From: Camelus ferus
Lineage: Eukaryota
DNA: 64,000 bases
NCBI RefSeq assembly: GCF_009834535.1
Contig: NC_045697.1
Span: 44,022,001 to 44,086,000 of the forward strand
Reading direction: 5' to 3'
In this document: in pieces, positions 28,080-40,716 of the stretch
Position numbering within the stretch: the stretch's first letter is position 1
Layout: each line of letters starts with the position of its first letter
Made by a program: the position numbers and the translations under genes
The notes under the pieces: model-generated
Told to the model about the DNA's origin: nothing
The model's database searches: none
The model's input: only the letters and a program-made list of their open reading frames with translations

Positions 28080-29050
28080 GCCCGATGGAACGTTCCGTGC
28101 GAAAGCTTTGACAGAGCGCCACTGGGAGTCACGTGGAGCAGGAGCGTACTCCCGGCGCCTTGCGGAATGACGCTAGCTAGGTTGCCAAGGGGAGGGGCAA
28201 GGCGGCGCGGAAGGGGCGGGGCGAAGGAAGCCGGCCGGAGAGGCGGGGCGGGCGGAGTGGAGGGGCGGGCGGAGAGGGGCGCGCGGGCGGGGAGGGCCCA
28301 GCGTATTATGGGATGCGGCGGTGGAATGGCGCTGGGCGCGTGATTTTGAACAACCCCGGGTCTGTGTCTCCGAGGCGCCGCCGCCGCCGCGGCTGCTGGG
28401 AGCCCAGGGAGCGCGGCACGAGGAGAAGGCGGCGGCGCCGCCGGCTTTGGTGAGTGTCAGCCCCCCGGGGTGGGGGCCTCTGGGCGGGCGAGCGGGAAGA
28501 GAGCGCTGTGGGTGGTGGCGCGGGCGGAGGGCGCCGGACCGCCCCCTTCGGGAGCCGGGGCTGGTGGGTCGTGGCAGAGAGCGGGAACCTGCAGTCTGGG
28601 GGCCGACGCGCCCCATCCCCGGGCCGCAGGAGGCGGGAGGATCCTCCAGGCTCGGCCTCTTCCCGCCGGCACTCGAGAGGGCGGCTGTCACCGGCTGGGC
28701 CGGCGCTCGGCCGGCAGCCCGCCCTTCCCCGCCGTCTGGAGGAAGGGCTCCCGCGGCTGTTGACACGCACAGTGCGCGGCCCGAGGAGCCGCCGTGTCGG
28801 CCCCGGGTTTCTGGGAACCGGTTTTGCTGCTGTGTCATTTTGTACCAGCCCCTCCTTTCCCTGCTGCCCGCCGCCCCGTTCTTCCTACGCCCCTTTGTAT
28901 GGTGTCTTCTTCGTGTATGTCCGTTTTCCTCGCGAAGCCCACCAGCCAAATGTCATAATGTTCCCGAGGTGCACGGGGGAAGGGAGCCGGCCAGGACTTA
29001 GATTGGCCAAGCAACGGTAAACACCAAGCGGAGTGCGGGTGGACGAGGAC
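28080..29050 (+). promoter_or_regulatory. LIN54 upstream CpG island with putative non-coding first exon ending at donor 28449|gtgagt
   Basis: Very GC/CpG rich; GC boxes from about 28213; E-box GTCACGTG 28128-28135; TTTGAA 28345-28350; strong donor TTG|gtgagt. Confidence 0.8.
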
Positions 29051-30099
29051 TGGCGGTGGGGAAATAAAGTTTAAAGATGAAGAAATTGGGAAGGTTTGAT
29101 ACTCTTGGCATCTAGCAGGATTATAGAAACGGCGACTGGGCTGGGCGATAGATAGCACTTGTTTAAGCCTGAATCTGCTGACTTTTATATGGAGTTGTCA
29201 TTCAAGCAAGGTAAGGAAATGAAATGACTTTTTCAACTTCTACCTTTCTTTTCTTAAACTAACTTAAAAAAAAAAACTGTCTCTGTTCGAAACCTTCAAA
29301 TTCAATTTGCTCATTTCAGACAGATCTTTTAGAGCTTATGCTGTAGTTGAATAGTATAGAATTCATCTTTTGAATGCGTGGTTATCAAATCTGAAATTAA
29401 CAACGGTAACCAGTTTCTTTTTGTGAAAAAAAATCTGGTCCCGTCAGAAGCCTTGCAGGAGCTTCTATTTTTTTGATGATCAAAATATACTTATATTCTC
29501 TTAGTTATTTATTAAACTGCATCATGGTGGGGGTCGGTGGATAACTCTGGGATCTTGTTCTAAAGCAAGCTGCTTATTTTCATTGTATCGAATAAACATA
29601 TCAGTGGTAGATTTGTTTTTTAATTTGGTGACTGAGATCCTAAAAACATTTGGCAAAGAATTTTAGTTTAGAGGTATATTTTCTGTATTTTAGAAATTGT
29701 TCACTCATGAATAGGGTCAACACATTTTAAACCTGGTTGCACTTTGACGCCTTAAACCAATGACAAACGAACTGGAAGTCACAGTGTTTATAGACAGAAA
29801 TGATTAGACGAAATTAAATGGAGAGGAAAATAGTTTTGAAGTTTATTTTAAAAACCGGACGTTCTGACCACAATGTCTGCCTAAGAATCAGTGCCTGTAA
29901 TTTACAGATGTATTAGAGAGGTCAGACTTGCCCATGGAAATAGCCCGTTCTGTGCTTACGGTGGAGGAAAATGTCAGAGTTGGTGAGTGACATTAAATGT
30001 CTTGATCCTGTTTTTAGTGTCTGCGATGGACACAGTGAACAAAACGCATTCCATCATCTCTCCCAAGTTGCTTTATTGAAAATGAAAGAGTTTGGGCTC

Positions 30100-30780
30100 T
30101 TTATTGTCCGCGTGCCCCTTTCCGCATGGTTTTTGCTCTTCAAAACAAAAATATGCCGGACTTGGGATCCGGCAGGTAGCGCGACTTCCTTTCGCGTTGC
30201 CACCGGGCCCGCAGGAGCTCCATCTTTCGTGGCGGGGTGAAAGGTCTCGGCGTGGGCTGTGTGTGCATTTGTGCCTCCCTGAGCATTTGAAGGTTGGCGG
30301 GGCCGGCGGGAGGTTTCCCCGGATATGTGGGTGTGCGCCTCTCCGGAGGGGAGGGCCAGGGAGGGGAGGAGGAGGAAGGGGGAGGTTACTGGCGGCGGCG
30401 GCGGCGGCGGCCCGGGCTCGGGCTGTCGGGGAAGCTGCTGAGCTGTGATGGTGATGACGAGGTGAAAATGGCGGATCTTTCGAAATACAATCCCGGCCCC
30501 TGACATACCAGAGGCGGCGGACCGCGGCGGCGTCGCCACCCCGGCTCCCTCCTCGGCCCCCGGGATCCCTGTAGCGCTCCAGTTCGCGCAGACTGGGGAA
30601 GGAAGCGGCCGGCCAGCGCGACCGTGAACAGGCAAACAAGCACCGCCCGGGCTCGGAATTGCCCGGGACCTTCTGGAGCCCCCACCTCGGAGCCGGAGGG
30701 AGGAGAAAGCGGCAGCCGCCGGAGGTAGAGGAGAAGGGGATACCCGAGGGCTGCTCTGTTTTGAGGTCTCTATTTCGGGG
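30100..30780 (+). promoter_or_regulatory. LIN54 second CpG island with putative non-coding first exon (candidate donor GAG|gtagag at 30724)
   Basis: CpG dense; (GGC)7; YY1-type AAAATGGCGG; TTTGAA 30286-30291; donor-like site near the 3' edge of the island. Confidence 0.75.
30391..30411 (+). repeat. (GGC)7 trinucleotide repeat in the LIN54 CpG island
   Basis: Directly visible. Confidence 0.9.
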
Positions 30781-33700
30781 AGAGGCTGGGTGGAAAAAGA
30801 ATTGCGTTGTGGATCAAGGAATGACTAGTTCAGAGTGCAGAAGAATCAGTAACCTTGTAATGACATCAACATTATTCTTTGAGTGTTAAGAAGGCTCGAG
30901 TTTGCTCTTATACCCAAGGCTGCTGCTGAGGCCTAGAGGAACCGCTAGCACTTATCATGATTTCCTGATTTAATATATAAAATAACCACTCTGGCGGGTG
31001 TTGGTTTGATGATGTTAAGCAGTTTATCAGGTTGTATGTTTCTTTAGGGAGGCAGAGCATTGGCATTTTATTCTGCATTTAAGCTCTGTGTCTTACATCA
31101 TAGTCTATAACTTGTTGGGGGGTGGATGTTCACATTTTTTAAGCATATGGACCAGTTTTGTAATAATTAAAACTGTTGTCTTTTTCTTTTATGGAGCTGT
31201 CATCCATAGAGGACCCCCTTGGCCCCTGCCATTTGGCAAATAACAATTGAGATACTGTCAGTCATATTTGATATCCATGTTTTTCCTTGCCTCCTATCCA
31301 TTTCATGAATTCAGAGAGTAAAGTTAATGGAAGATTTTGCAGTAGATTTTATGATCCAAGTGGAATACCTCTCCGGGAGCTCTATTTTGGTTCACAAGTT
31401 TTACCTTCATTGTTAAGAAGGAAGTTGTGATGGCTTGATGCATACACTTGTTGTGAGTCTTTTAAGTTGGTTGAAGGTGAATTGAGAATGAATGTTTTAT
31501 TTTTATTTAAACTAGGCTTGTTAGCTCTTTGTTTAAAGAGCTGGAGAATTGGATTGATTGACTTTATGACAGCTAGTCTCATTTTGTTAGGTTACCTAAA
31601 TAACCATGTATGTTTTAGATTGTGCTGCAGATTCCCAGCAGTGTTACTGAAAAGTTACATGTGAATCAAATTTTTGTACATTAACTTGGGACCTTGTTTT
31701 TTTTTCAGCTTTTGTAGTGGAAGGTTAGGTCAGTGGAAGGTTGAGTCTACAGAGAGGTGAATGTATAAGAAATGAACACTGGTAACGTTTATGATTAGCA
31801 GTGATTTTCCTTATCCAAGTTTCCTACAAAGAGATGATATCATAGTATGTTATACAATATTATTCATTATGTATTTTATTCAGAGGGGAAATATTTTGTG
31901 TGTATGTGTTTGTGTAGTTTGGACATTTGTGTGTCCAAATACATTCATTGGAAGAATAAGAAACCAAAAAAAATTTTTTTAAGAGAAATAACTGAGAAGT
32001 ACTCAGAAATTTTAGTTAATGATTTTTAAAAAATCATTTGTCTGATATTCTTGTTTTATCCAGTAGGAATCTGGTTCTGTTTTGGGGTGTGTGTGTGTGT
32101 GTTCTCTTACAGCTTTTATGTTGCAGTTGTTTGATCCATGCCAACCCAGCTGCTAAGACCAAGCAGCTGATTAGACTAAGAATTTTTAAAATAATTAAAG
32201 AGAGAGATTTAAATGCTTTTTTCACTGGCTTGCCTTTTTTGTTTCTTTAAATCACAGAATGCTGTTGTCCTTTTGGGATTCCTTGTGATTGTCTTTAAAA
32301 GACCAGTTTTCAGATTGTTGTGGTTAGAACGATTGTCTTAATAAGAAGTGTGTTAGAAAGGAATGAAGGAAGGGTTATGCCAGTGGAGATAGTTGGTGTC
32401 TTCTGGTGGAGAAGAGCACTGACAGATTTCCATTCTTTTTTTCAAATATTATTATTGGGTATCCATTATGTGTTACATACTATGCTAGGGATTGGAGATA
32501 CCTCAATATCTTTGCCTCAAGAAGCTTTCAGTTTAGGAATTGCTGGAGGTAAAGTTGGAAGGATCGGTTGGGTAGAGCCTTAATGCAGAAGGCCTTGAGA
32601 TTTACAGAAAAATTTTGAGTAGGAGAATGACAACCTCAGAGATGTACTCGAGGAAGATAATTCCTTAGCTTTTTATGTAGTATGTATTGTAGGTAAGAGG
32701 AGATAAAGGTAAAAGTAAACTAGTTGGCCCCAAGCTTTGGAGATCTGGAAGCTCGTGGTTGCAGTGGGAAGGAGACATTGTGAAGGTATAATCTTCATTA
32801 TACAAGACAGATAAATAGTTCTGTGCAGAGAGATCAAAGATGACATGATCTTAAACTTTGCTTTTTGACAGAATATTGAGTGCCAATTTAGAAAAGAGAG
32901 AAATCAGGAGAAGCTAATTTAGATAGAGAAAGAAGAGAAGAATTTTCATTTCAGTTTTAGTGTACCACTTAATCTTCACAGTAACCCTGCAAATAAACTA
33001 GAGTTTAGAGAGATTATTGCTTAGTGTTGCATGATAAGCAGCTAAGAGAGTCAAGATTTGGAGGTGGATCTTTCTGATTTGAATCCCCTTGTTGTTTCCA
33101 CCATGTTAGTCTTAAGCATGAGTAATATACAATCCCCCTCAAAGGAAAAAAAAAGATTATGGCTCCTCAGTATTGGCCTAAATAATTTTATTTTATTGAA
33201 ATATTTGATTTTTTGATGTATATAAATTCCTTATGCTTATTGCTTTTATGCAAGTATAAAACAGAAGTAAATTTATAAATGAAATATAAACAAAACTATA
33301 AAATCAGTAAAACGAATTAAATTTAGGGTGATGGATGATGTTGTTTTGCTGAAATGAAATCTTTCTTTGCATAGTGAGTATACTCTGGTCTGCCTTGGCG
33401 AGGCATGCAGTTTTCTGTCTACTGTATATCCTATGATAACTCCTACACCACTTTCCTGTGTTTGAATGCTGCAGAGCTTTCCTCCTTAAATCACTGGTTA
33501 GGTGTTTTGGCTTTCACTTGGCATAAATATATCATTTACCTTATAAGACCTTTCTATGCCTTTTTCTTTAGTTCACTCTAATTCTAGTACCATTGATGGC
33601 GGATATAAGATGGTAATCTAGATGATCCAGGGTATACTTTAAAAAATACGTATTATTGAAATGAAAGTACAAACTTTTCAGTTCTTTCTCAAGACTCATG

Positions 33701-35485
33701 TCCTATAGTCCACTGTTCCCAATTTTGTTTGAGAAATGTAGTTCTGTATCTAGTTTTTCAGTTGCTGATGTTAGATTTTAGAAATGAAAGCTAAAATCCA
33801 AGTAGTATAGTTAACCAGTTAGTGCTGGTAGTCCTCTAGGTACAAAAGTATAGTTCTTAAGCATTCAGATGTTTCTGTCCCAACATCTGACAAATTACCC
33901 ATCTATGATACGGTGATAGGTCACGACTTTATGTTATTATGTGCATGAAGGAAAACAGTTGTTTACCAGGTTGTCCTCCACCTGTAACTAGGAAAGAGAA
34001 CAGTGTTTGAGCACTGGTAATATTCTCTAAGAGACTATTAAAAATGTAAAAGCACAGAGCATTTGTCATTTCTGTCTTATATTATTCATTTCTTTTAATG
34101 TCCTAAATCAGACCATCTATTTCTCTCTACCTTAAACTAATTACTGTAATAGCCTTCTAACTGGTTTCTCTGCCTCCAGTCTGATCAAACATCGAGATGA
34201 AGTTAGTCCTCCCGAAGTAAAGTTGTGACGATGCCACTCTTCTGTTGATTTCTGAGGTCTGTCAGGGCAAAGGCTCTGTTAATTTCCCTCCACAAAGTTG
34301 GGATGCAGTACACATTTGTTAATTAAATGACTGATAAAAATCATAAACTAGTTAAAAACTAAGGCCTTTAGAACTTCGTTTTATGAGCACAAGATACTGG
34401 AGGCAAGGGAAATGCATTGTATGTTCTGTATTCTTTTCTTACCATACCTGGGCAGGTAACCCCTCACACAGATGAAGTAAACTAAAGCTCCTCAGTCCTG
34501 TTGGCTCGTGAAGGTCCTCTCTTTTCTTGGAGTGGTCCTCAACACAGGGATGATGAGGTTGCATGTGCTTGTACATATCTCCCATTCCTAAAGGATAAAA
34601 TTAGAGTGATGATTCATGTAACTAGATGGCCAAACCCTTTCCTGCCATGCCCACAAGCTCCTTTTGAGAGTTTCTTTTAGCAGAGGCCACCGTGCCCTGC
34701 ATGTGACCCTGACTGAAACAGATAAAGCAGTTATCATAGTCGCCTAGAAGGTGTGCTGGCTCCAGAACTCTGCACAGCCCATGCTGCTTAGACACTGGCC
34801 AAACCAATCAGACCTTTTCTTGTTAGAAGTTTGAACTTTACTCCTACTTCCAAGGAAGTCTCCTAGTCCTATAACTCCTAGTCTTTTTTAATAGTACAAA
34901 TAGGACGTGCTCTTCCTAATAACAGAGCTTCAAAATTATGAAGCACAAATGCACAGAAAAGGGGAAATAGACAAATCCACAATCAAATTTGGGGATTTTA
35001 ACAGCCTTTCTCAGTAATTGATAGAAGAGGAAAGAGTCTGTAGAAGATTTGAACAACACTATCAACCAACTTGACCTAATTGACATTTATAGAGCACGAC
35101 TCTCAGCAGCTGCAGAATACATGTTCTGTTCAGGTGCACATGAAATGTTCACAAAGAGGGACCATACACTGAGCCTTAAGCCTCTAAATTCCATATCCAA
35201 ATGATGGAAATGGTAGAGTATTATATTCTCTGACAATAATAGGAGTAAATTAGAAACCAACAATAAAAGATAGAAAACCCCCAACTATTTGGGAACTAAA
35301 GAGCATACTTCTTTATTTTCCATGTGTCGAAGATGAAATCACAAAATATTAGAAAACATTTGAAGTGAATGATAATAAAAACATTGAACTTAGCAGAATG
35401 CAGTTAAAGCAGCATTGGGGGCAAGTTTTAACACTAAAGTGTTTATTTTAGAAAAGAAGAAAAGTTTAAAATCAATGATCTAAAT

Positions 35486-35741
35486 CAAGTGTTGACAAAT
35501 TTTTTTTCTATAAAGGGCCAGATAGCAAATATTTTAGGCTTTGTAGGCCACGATTTATCTATATCTATATATAGGTATAATAGATATATAGACACACACA
35601 CACACACACAGCCACCCCCCCCACATATATCTTCCCTCCCCCAACTATTTAAAAACATAAAAATCATCTTTATCTGAAGAACAATGCATAAATAGACTCT
35701 AGGCCTGATTTGGTCTACAGGCCATGGTTTGCTGAATTCTG
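35486..35741. mobile_element. MER58-like hAT-Charlie element with internal (TA)/(CA) microsatellite
   Basis: ttctataaagggccagatagcaaatattttaggctttgtaggcca...gatttggtctacaggccatggtttgctg. Confidence 0.75.
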
Positions 35742-37050
35742 ATCTGTGCTTCCATCTTAAACTTCTAGAAAAAGGACAAATTAAATCTAAAGCAAGCAGA
35801 AGAAAGGAGATAAAGATAATAGTCGATTAAATGAAAGATGGACACACAACTGAGAAAATCAATGAAGCCAAAATGATTCTTTGAAAAGACTGATAATATT
35901 GAAAAATCTCAGGAAAAAAAAGAGAAAAGAGAGAAACTAAGATGAAGAATGAAGTCATTTCTGCAGACATTAAAATAATATGATGTATAACTTTATGCTA
36001 ATAAATTTGGCAACCTGGAGGAAATAGAGAAATTCCTTGAAGGATACAAACTATCAGATAGCAAAGTCACTTGAGAAGAAAGAGATAATCTGAGTAACAC
36101 TACATCTATTAAAGAAATTGAATTTATAGTTAAAAACCTCACAAGGAAGCTTTATGTCTAGATGGCTTTGCTGGTGAGTTCTAGCAAACATTTCAGGAAG
36201 AAATAGTAACAATTCTACATAGACTTTTCCTGAAAATTGAAGAGGACGAAACACATCCCAACCCACTTTATTAGACTAGCATTATCTCCAGATAGCCAGT
36301 GCAAAAAAACTAGACCAATAGCCCTCATGAGTATAGACAAAAATGCTTCACAAAATATTAGCAAATAGAATTGAGCAATACATAGAACATGGAATTTCAT
36401 ATAATTTTATATAACTTTGGGGTTTATTTCAGAAATGCAAAATTGGCTTAATAAAACAATGAATATAGTTCACAAACTAAAAGAGAAAAGGCATGTGGTT
36501 ATCTCAGTCGTTGCACAAAAAACATGATTAGATGTCCATTTATGATTGAAAAAAGAAACAACTGAAAACTGGGGCTGTAAGTAAGCTTCCTCAGTTCAGT
36601 AAAGGGAATTTAGGAAAAACCTAAGCTAAGGTAAGATTGGGAACAAGGTAAAGATGTCTTCTCTGACCACTACAACATTTTACTGGAGGTACTAGTCAGT
36701 TTAGTAAGGCAAGGAAAAGAAGCAGAAGACATACAGATTGGAAAGGAATAAATACAGATGTTGTTCTCCGACACCATAGATTATCCTTCTAGAAAATCCT
36801 GAGGAATCTACATCAAAAAGATACTAGAATTAGTAAGTGAGTTTAGCTAGGTTGGACATGGGCAGCATAAAATAATCAGTTAAATTTCTATGCATTAGCA
36901 ACAAACAATTGGAAAATGGAAAAAAAAAGGCTATTTATAATGCATCAAAAACCATGAAACACTTAAGGATAAATTTACCAAAATATACACAAGATCTATA
37001 CACTTGAAGTACAGAAGACATTGCTAAGATAAAGAAGTAGAGAGATATGC

Positions 37051-38460
37051 TATTGGGAGACAGTTCTCCATGGTTTTTGCATTTCTTTACTTCTTGCAAG
37101 TGACAGCCCTTTTAAACAATTTTTTCCAGGATGTTTGTATAGCATAAAGCCTTGCATAATAGAGTTAGTGACTCTTGCTGTAGCAAAGGGCAGATTTGCT
37201 TATTGTCCAGTATAATAAAGATAATATCTCCCTTTGGACAAAGGGTAGATGTACTTCAGCCCATTATAAATGATTCCAGTTCCTTAAGCTCAGGGTTCCT
37301 TGGTTGTGATGCAAACTCACTGCCTTCACAGCATCTACCTGGGTGTCTCCACTTCTGCTCTGTGGGACTTGTGGGCATGGGGGAACTGATACACATGTGG
37401 TGTTTATGTTCCTTGCTGTGCTGAGAGTACTAAGTCCTGTGTTTCTGACCTAGGACTACTGGGTTGTCTGCTAGTATCCATGAAACAATAACAGGCTACA
37501 TTGTTAGCTTGCAAGGAGAGTCTAAAATCTCAAATCCCTCTCAGTTCTTGACAGTTTTGGCCGTAAGAATGAAGTCTGACAGAGACATGGCTTTTTGAAA
37601 GAGGAAGGATGAAGGCCTGGGGGCTGGGCTGGGGATATGGAAAGACTGTCTGGCATCTGGTAGTGAGTGCTCTCACCCAGGTGGTGGGCAGAGGTGGTGG
37701 GCGCAGGGAGTGTAGGCACCCTTCAGTGTTCTGCCTCTCAGTGAACACTTAGGGGCTGAGCTGAGTGGTAGCCTGAATGGTGCTTCGGTTGCTGTACACT
37801 CAAATCCGTGGCATAGCCCTTGCTGAAAGGCGGTGGGCCTGTGGCTGCTGAGCATGGGGTCCCCAAAGCTGAGAAAATGGTGTCAGAAATGAGGATTTGG
37901 GTGTATTAACAACATTAGAAGTTGACTTAGTTGAGCTGCAAGTGTGAGTGCTTGAAACTGAAAGTAAGCACTATCAGGCCGCTGTCTCTCTCTGTGGCCT
38001 AACCTCTCCTCCTCTTATGTCAGGTGTTTAAGGAGAGAGATGAATAGGGGTTGGGCTAAGATCTCCCTGCCCTTATGAGGGTCTAAAGGCCATACCCATG
38101 TGTCTAAATATGCTGGGGGAACTTCATGGAGAGGAGGGAGTCAAACTTTTATGCCTCTGTTGGATACTTACATCCAGGTCATCAGCATACCTGTTCTCTA
38201 GGGGATGGAGTGTTCAGAGACAATTGATGGGGCAAAGTTTGTAGTAGGGAAGGGCCCCACTGTGGGTGGGGCCCTTTGTTGTTGTGTACTGTTGTTGTGG
38301 CCTCCATTACTGAAGGTAGAATTGTTGTTGATATTTTCACATGCCTGTTCTGCAAGTGCCAGAAGGTGTTCTCCTGATCAGGAGCAAGCAGAGAAGTGCT
38401 TGTATTTTGGGGTCCCAAAACCCTAGTGATTCCTCTGAGCTACAAGTTATTGTGACTCAT
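37051..38460 (+). mobile_element. ERVL-class LTR (LTR40-like, 37051-37553) plus truncated internal sequence
   Basis: Begins ttgggagacagttctccatgg and ends cagttcttgaCA, followed by gttttgg; GC content above the flanking L1. Family name from recall. Confidence 0.65.
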
Positions 38461-40716
38461 GATTTTTCAGTGTATATAAAGAACTCATCCAACTCAATAA
38501 GACAGAAAAAAACCAATATTTTTTAAAAATTGGCAAAAAGCTTTCATGCAGACACTTTTATACAGGCAATACTCATATGAAAATGCTCAACATCATTAGT
38601 TATTTGGGAATTTAGATTAAAACCACAATGAGATATCATTTCTTACCTACTAGAATGGCTGAAATTAAAAAGACCAACAAAACCAATTGTTGGTAAGGAT
38701 GTGGAACAGCTGGATTCTCTTATATATTGCTGGTAGTTGTACAAAATGGTATAGCCAAGTTGGGAAATCGTTTGTCAGTTTCATGCAGGTTTGAAAATAA
38801 ACTTACCTTGTGGTCCAGTTAGTCCATTTCTAGGTATTTATTTTTTAAAAAAGAAAATATCGATCCATAAAAAGCTTTATACCAGTTTTATTCATAATAG
38901 TCTCAAAGTGGAAACAATATGAATGGCAATCCACAGGTGAATGGATAAACAAATTGTGTAGATTCATCCAAAGGAATATTTCTTGGTGGTAAAAAGGAAC
39001 TAAATTACTAATAACTGTAAGAATAAATATAAATCTCAAAAAACACATTGAGGGAAAAAGCTTATACTATATATTCCTTTATGTCATGAGTACATAATAT
39101 ATGATTCCATTGAAGTTCTAGAATGGGCAAAAAGGCAGAACTAATCTAGTGAAGTGGTTGTTGTAGAGAGTAGGATTTGGGGGTAGGGGATTGACTATAA
39201 AGGAGTAGACATGTTTTTCTCCATTTTAAAATACCAGTGACAAAAATTTAAGGCAGTATAATATTGTGATTAAAATTATGTACTTTGGTATCATAAAACA
39301 TGTCCTGAGTTTGAATTCTGGCTTTACCATTTACTAATTATGTGACCTTGAGCCAACTGTTTAAGCTTTCTAAGTTTTCACATCTATAAAGTGGGGGTGA
39401 TAATGATACCATCTTAGAGTTGTTGTCAAGCTAAATTAAATTATACCATCACTGGTAGATAGTAAGTGCTCAATAATGATGATTAATTTTGGCAGTATTG
39501 GTATTTGTCAATGCTAATAATTATAATTGGCTACTCATGTCTGTTAATCGTGGATGGGTACTGCATTTATATATTTTAAAAAAAGGGAAAAGAAAGAATA
39601 ATTGATTAGGTTCCTATGGATCTGTAATATTCTCTGGACAAATAACTTATTGTTATTTAGTCAGTCATAAATATGATGTACTGTCTTTAATAAGTGAAGA
39701 TAATGGTACTGACACCTTTATTGGGAGTTCTGCATGACCTTTGGCTGAAAGCATTGCAGTTTTTTGGGGTTTTGTTGTCATTGTTGTTGTTTGGTTTTTT
39801 GTTGTTGTTGTTGGGTTTTTGTTTTTGTTTCTTTTTTGCGGTGGAGGGTTCATTGCAGGGCCAAGCAAGGAGAATGGGTGGGTAACTTGTGCTCAAAAAA
39901 CCTGAACTCCTGCCATTTTGATAAGTTTGTAATTTGCTTTATTATTATTACCATTTTTTTTCTTTATGGAGACTGGCTATATACCTTTTAAATGGTTCCC
40001 TTTTGACATTTTAAATGGCTGAGGAGAATTTGAGAATCTTCTTTCCAAATAAAGATTTCTTTAGTTATGAAGAAATCAAACTTGATCAAACTTGGGCCAG
40101 ATAAGCCATTTGTTCTACAGTAGCTGAGAGGGATTACTCTAGAAACTCCTTTAGCATTAGTTTGAGCATTTAAAATGGGTTTTTATAAATAGTGTGGTAC
40201 CCTCATTTTAGGACTTAGCTCATTGGAGATTTGAGGATATTTTCTAATATCTGTTTACATTTAAATCTACATTCTTGTGTGGATCAGCAGTGTTCAAATC
40301 TGTCAGTAGGAATTAAAAAAATAACTGGGAAGAAATAAGATGATGTTGAAGATTAAAAGGTTTTATGAGCAGGAATTGGAAAGGGGTTTCCTGTAATTAT
40401 GTGACTTAGTGTTGTCTGAATGCAGTATACTTTTGGACTGAGACATGGCGAATGAGAATGTTTGCTTCAGTTTTGTGTCCCGTATGACTTATATTTCAGA
40501 GTCTTGAAGGTTGAAGATACATGTTAAAATGGTTTAACCCAAATATGCATCAGGAATATCCTTCACTCAGTTATACAGTGATAAAAAATTTTATTTTGTC
40601 ATTTACATTTTTCTTGAATAATTTTTTCTTATTAAATTTGTTTTGAAACCTAGTAATTTATTCATTTTTCAACTTTCATTGCAGTGCCTGATCAACTTTC
40701 TAGCAGGAGAACGATC

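Larger units (their letters stand above)
34890..39210 (+). mobile_element. Decayed L1 ORF2 plus 3' UTR, interrupted by MER58-like and ERVL insertions
   Basis: ORF2-like phrases (aacactatcaaccaacttgacctaattgacatttatag; aaaatgctcaacatcattag; aaaccacaatgagatatca; tgaatggataaacaaattgtg); no intact ORF. Confidence 0.85.

Noticed and set aside
15357..28450. A single bidirectional promoter for COPS4 and LIN54, or a hidden gene between them
   Set aside because: The starts are about 13 kb apart with separate CpG islands. The interval appears to be mostly decayed repeats and I found no consistent exon chain.
28173..29158. Multiple long overlapping ORFs (258, 226, 188, 154 aa)
   Set aside because: They lie in a CpG island where stop codons are scarce. 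Products are low-complexity Arg/Pro/Gly/Ala-rich in several frames on both strands, with no recognisable domain.
30054..30889. ORFs of 193, 188 and 118 aa with poly-Pro/Ala/Arg runs
   Set aside because: Artefacts of the GC-rich island and the (GGC)7 repeat.
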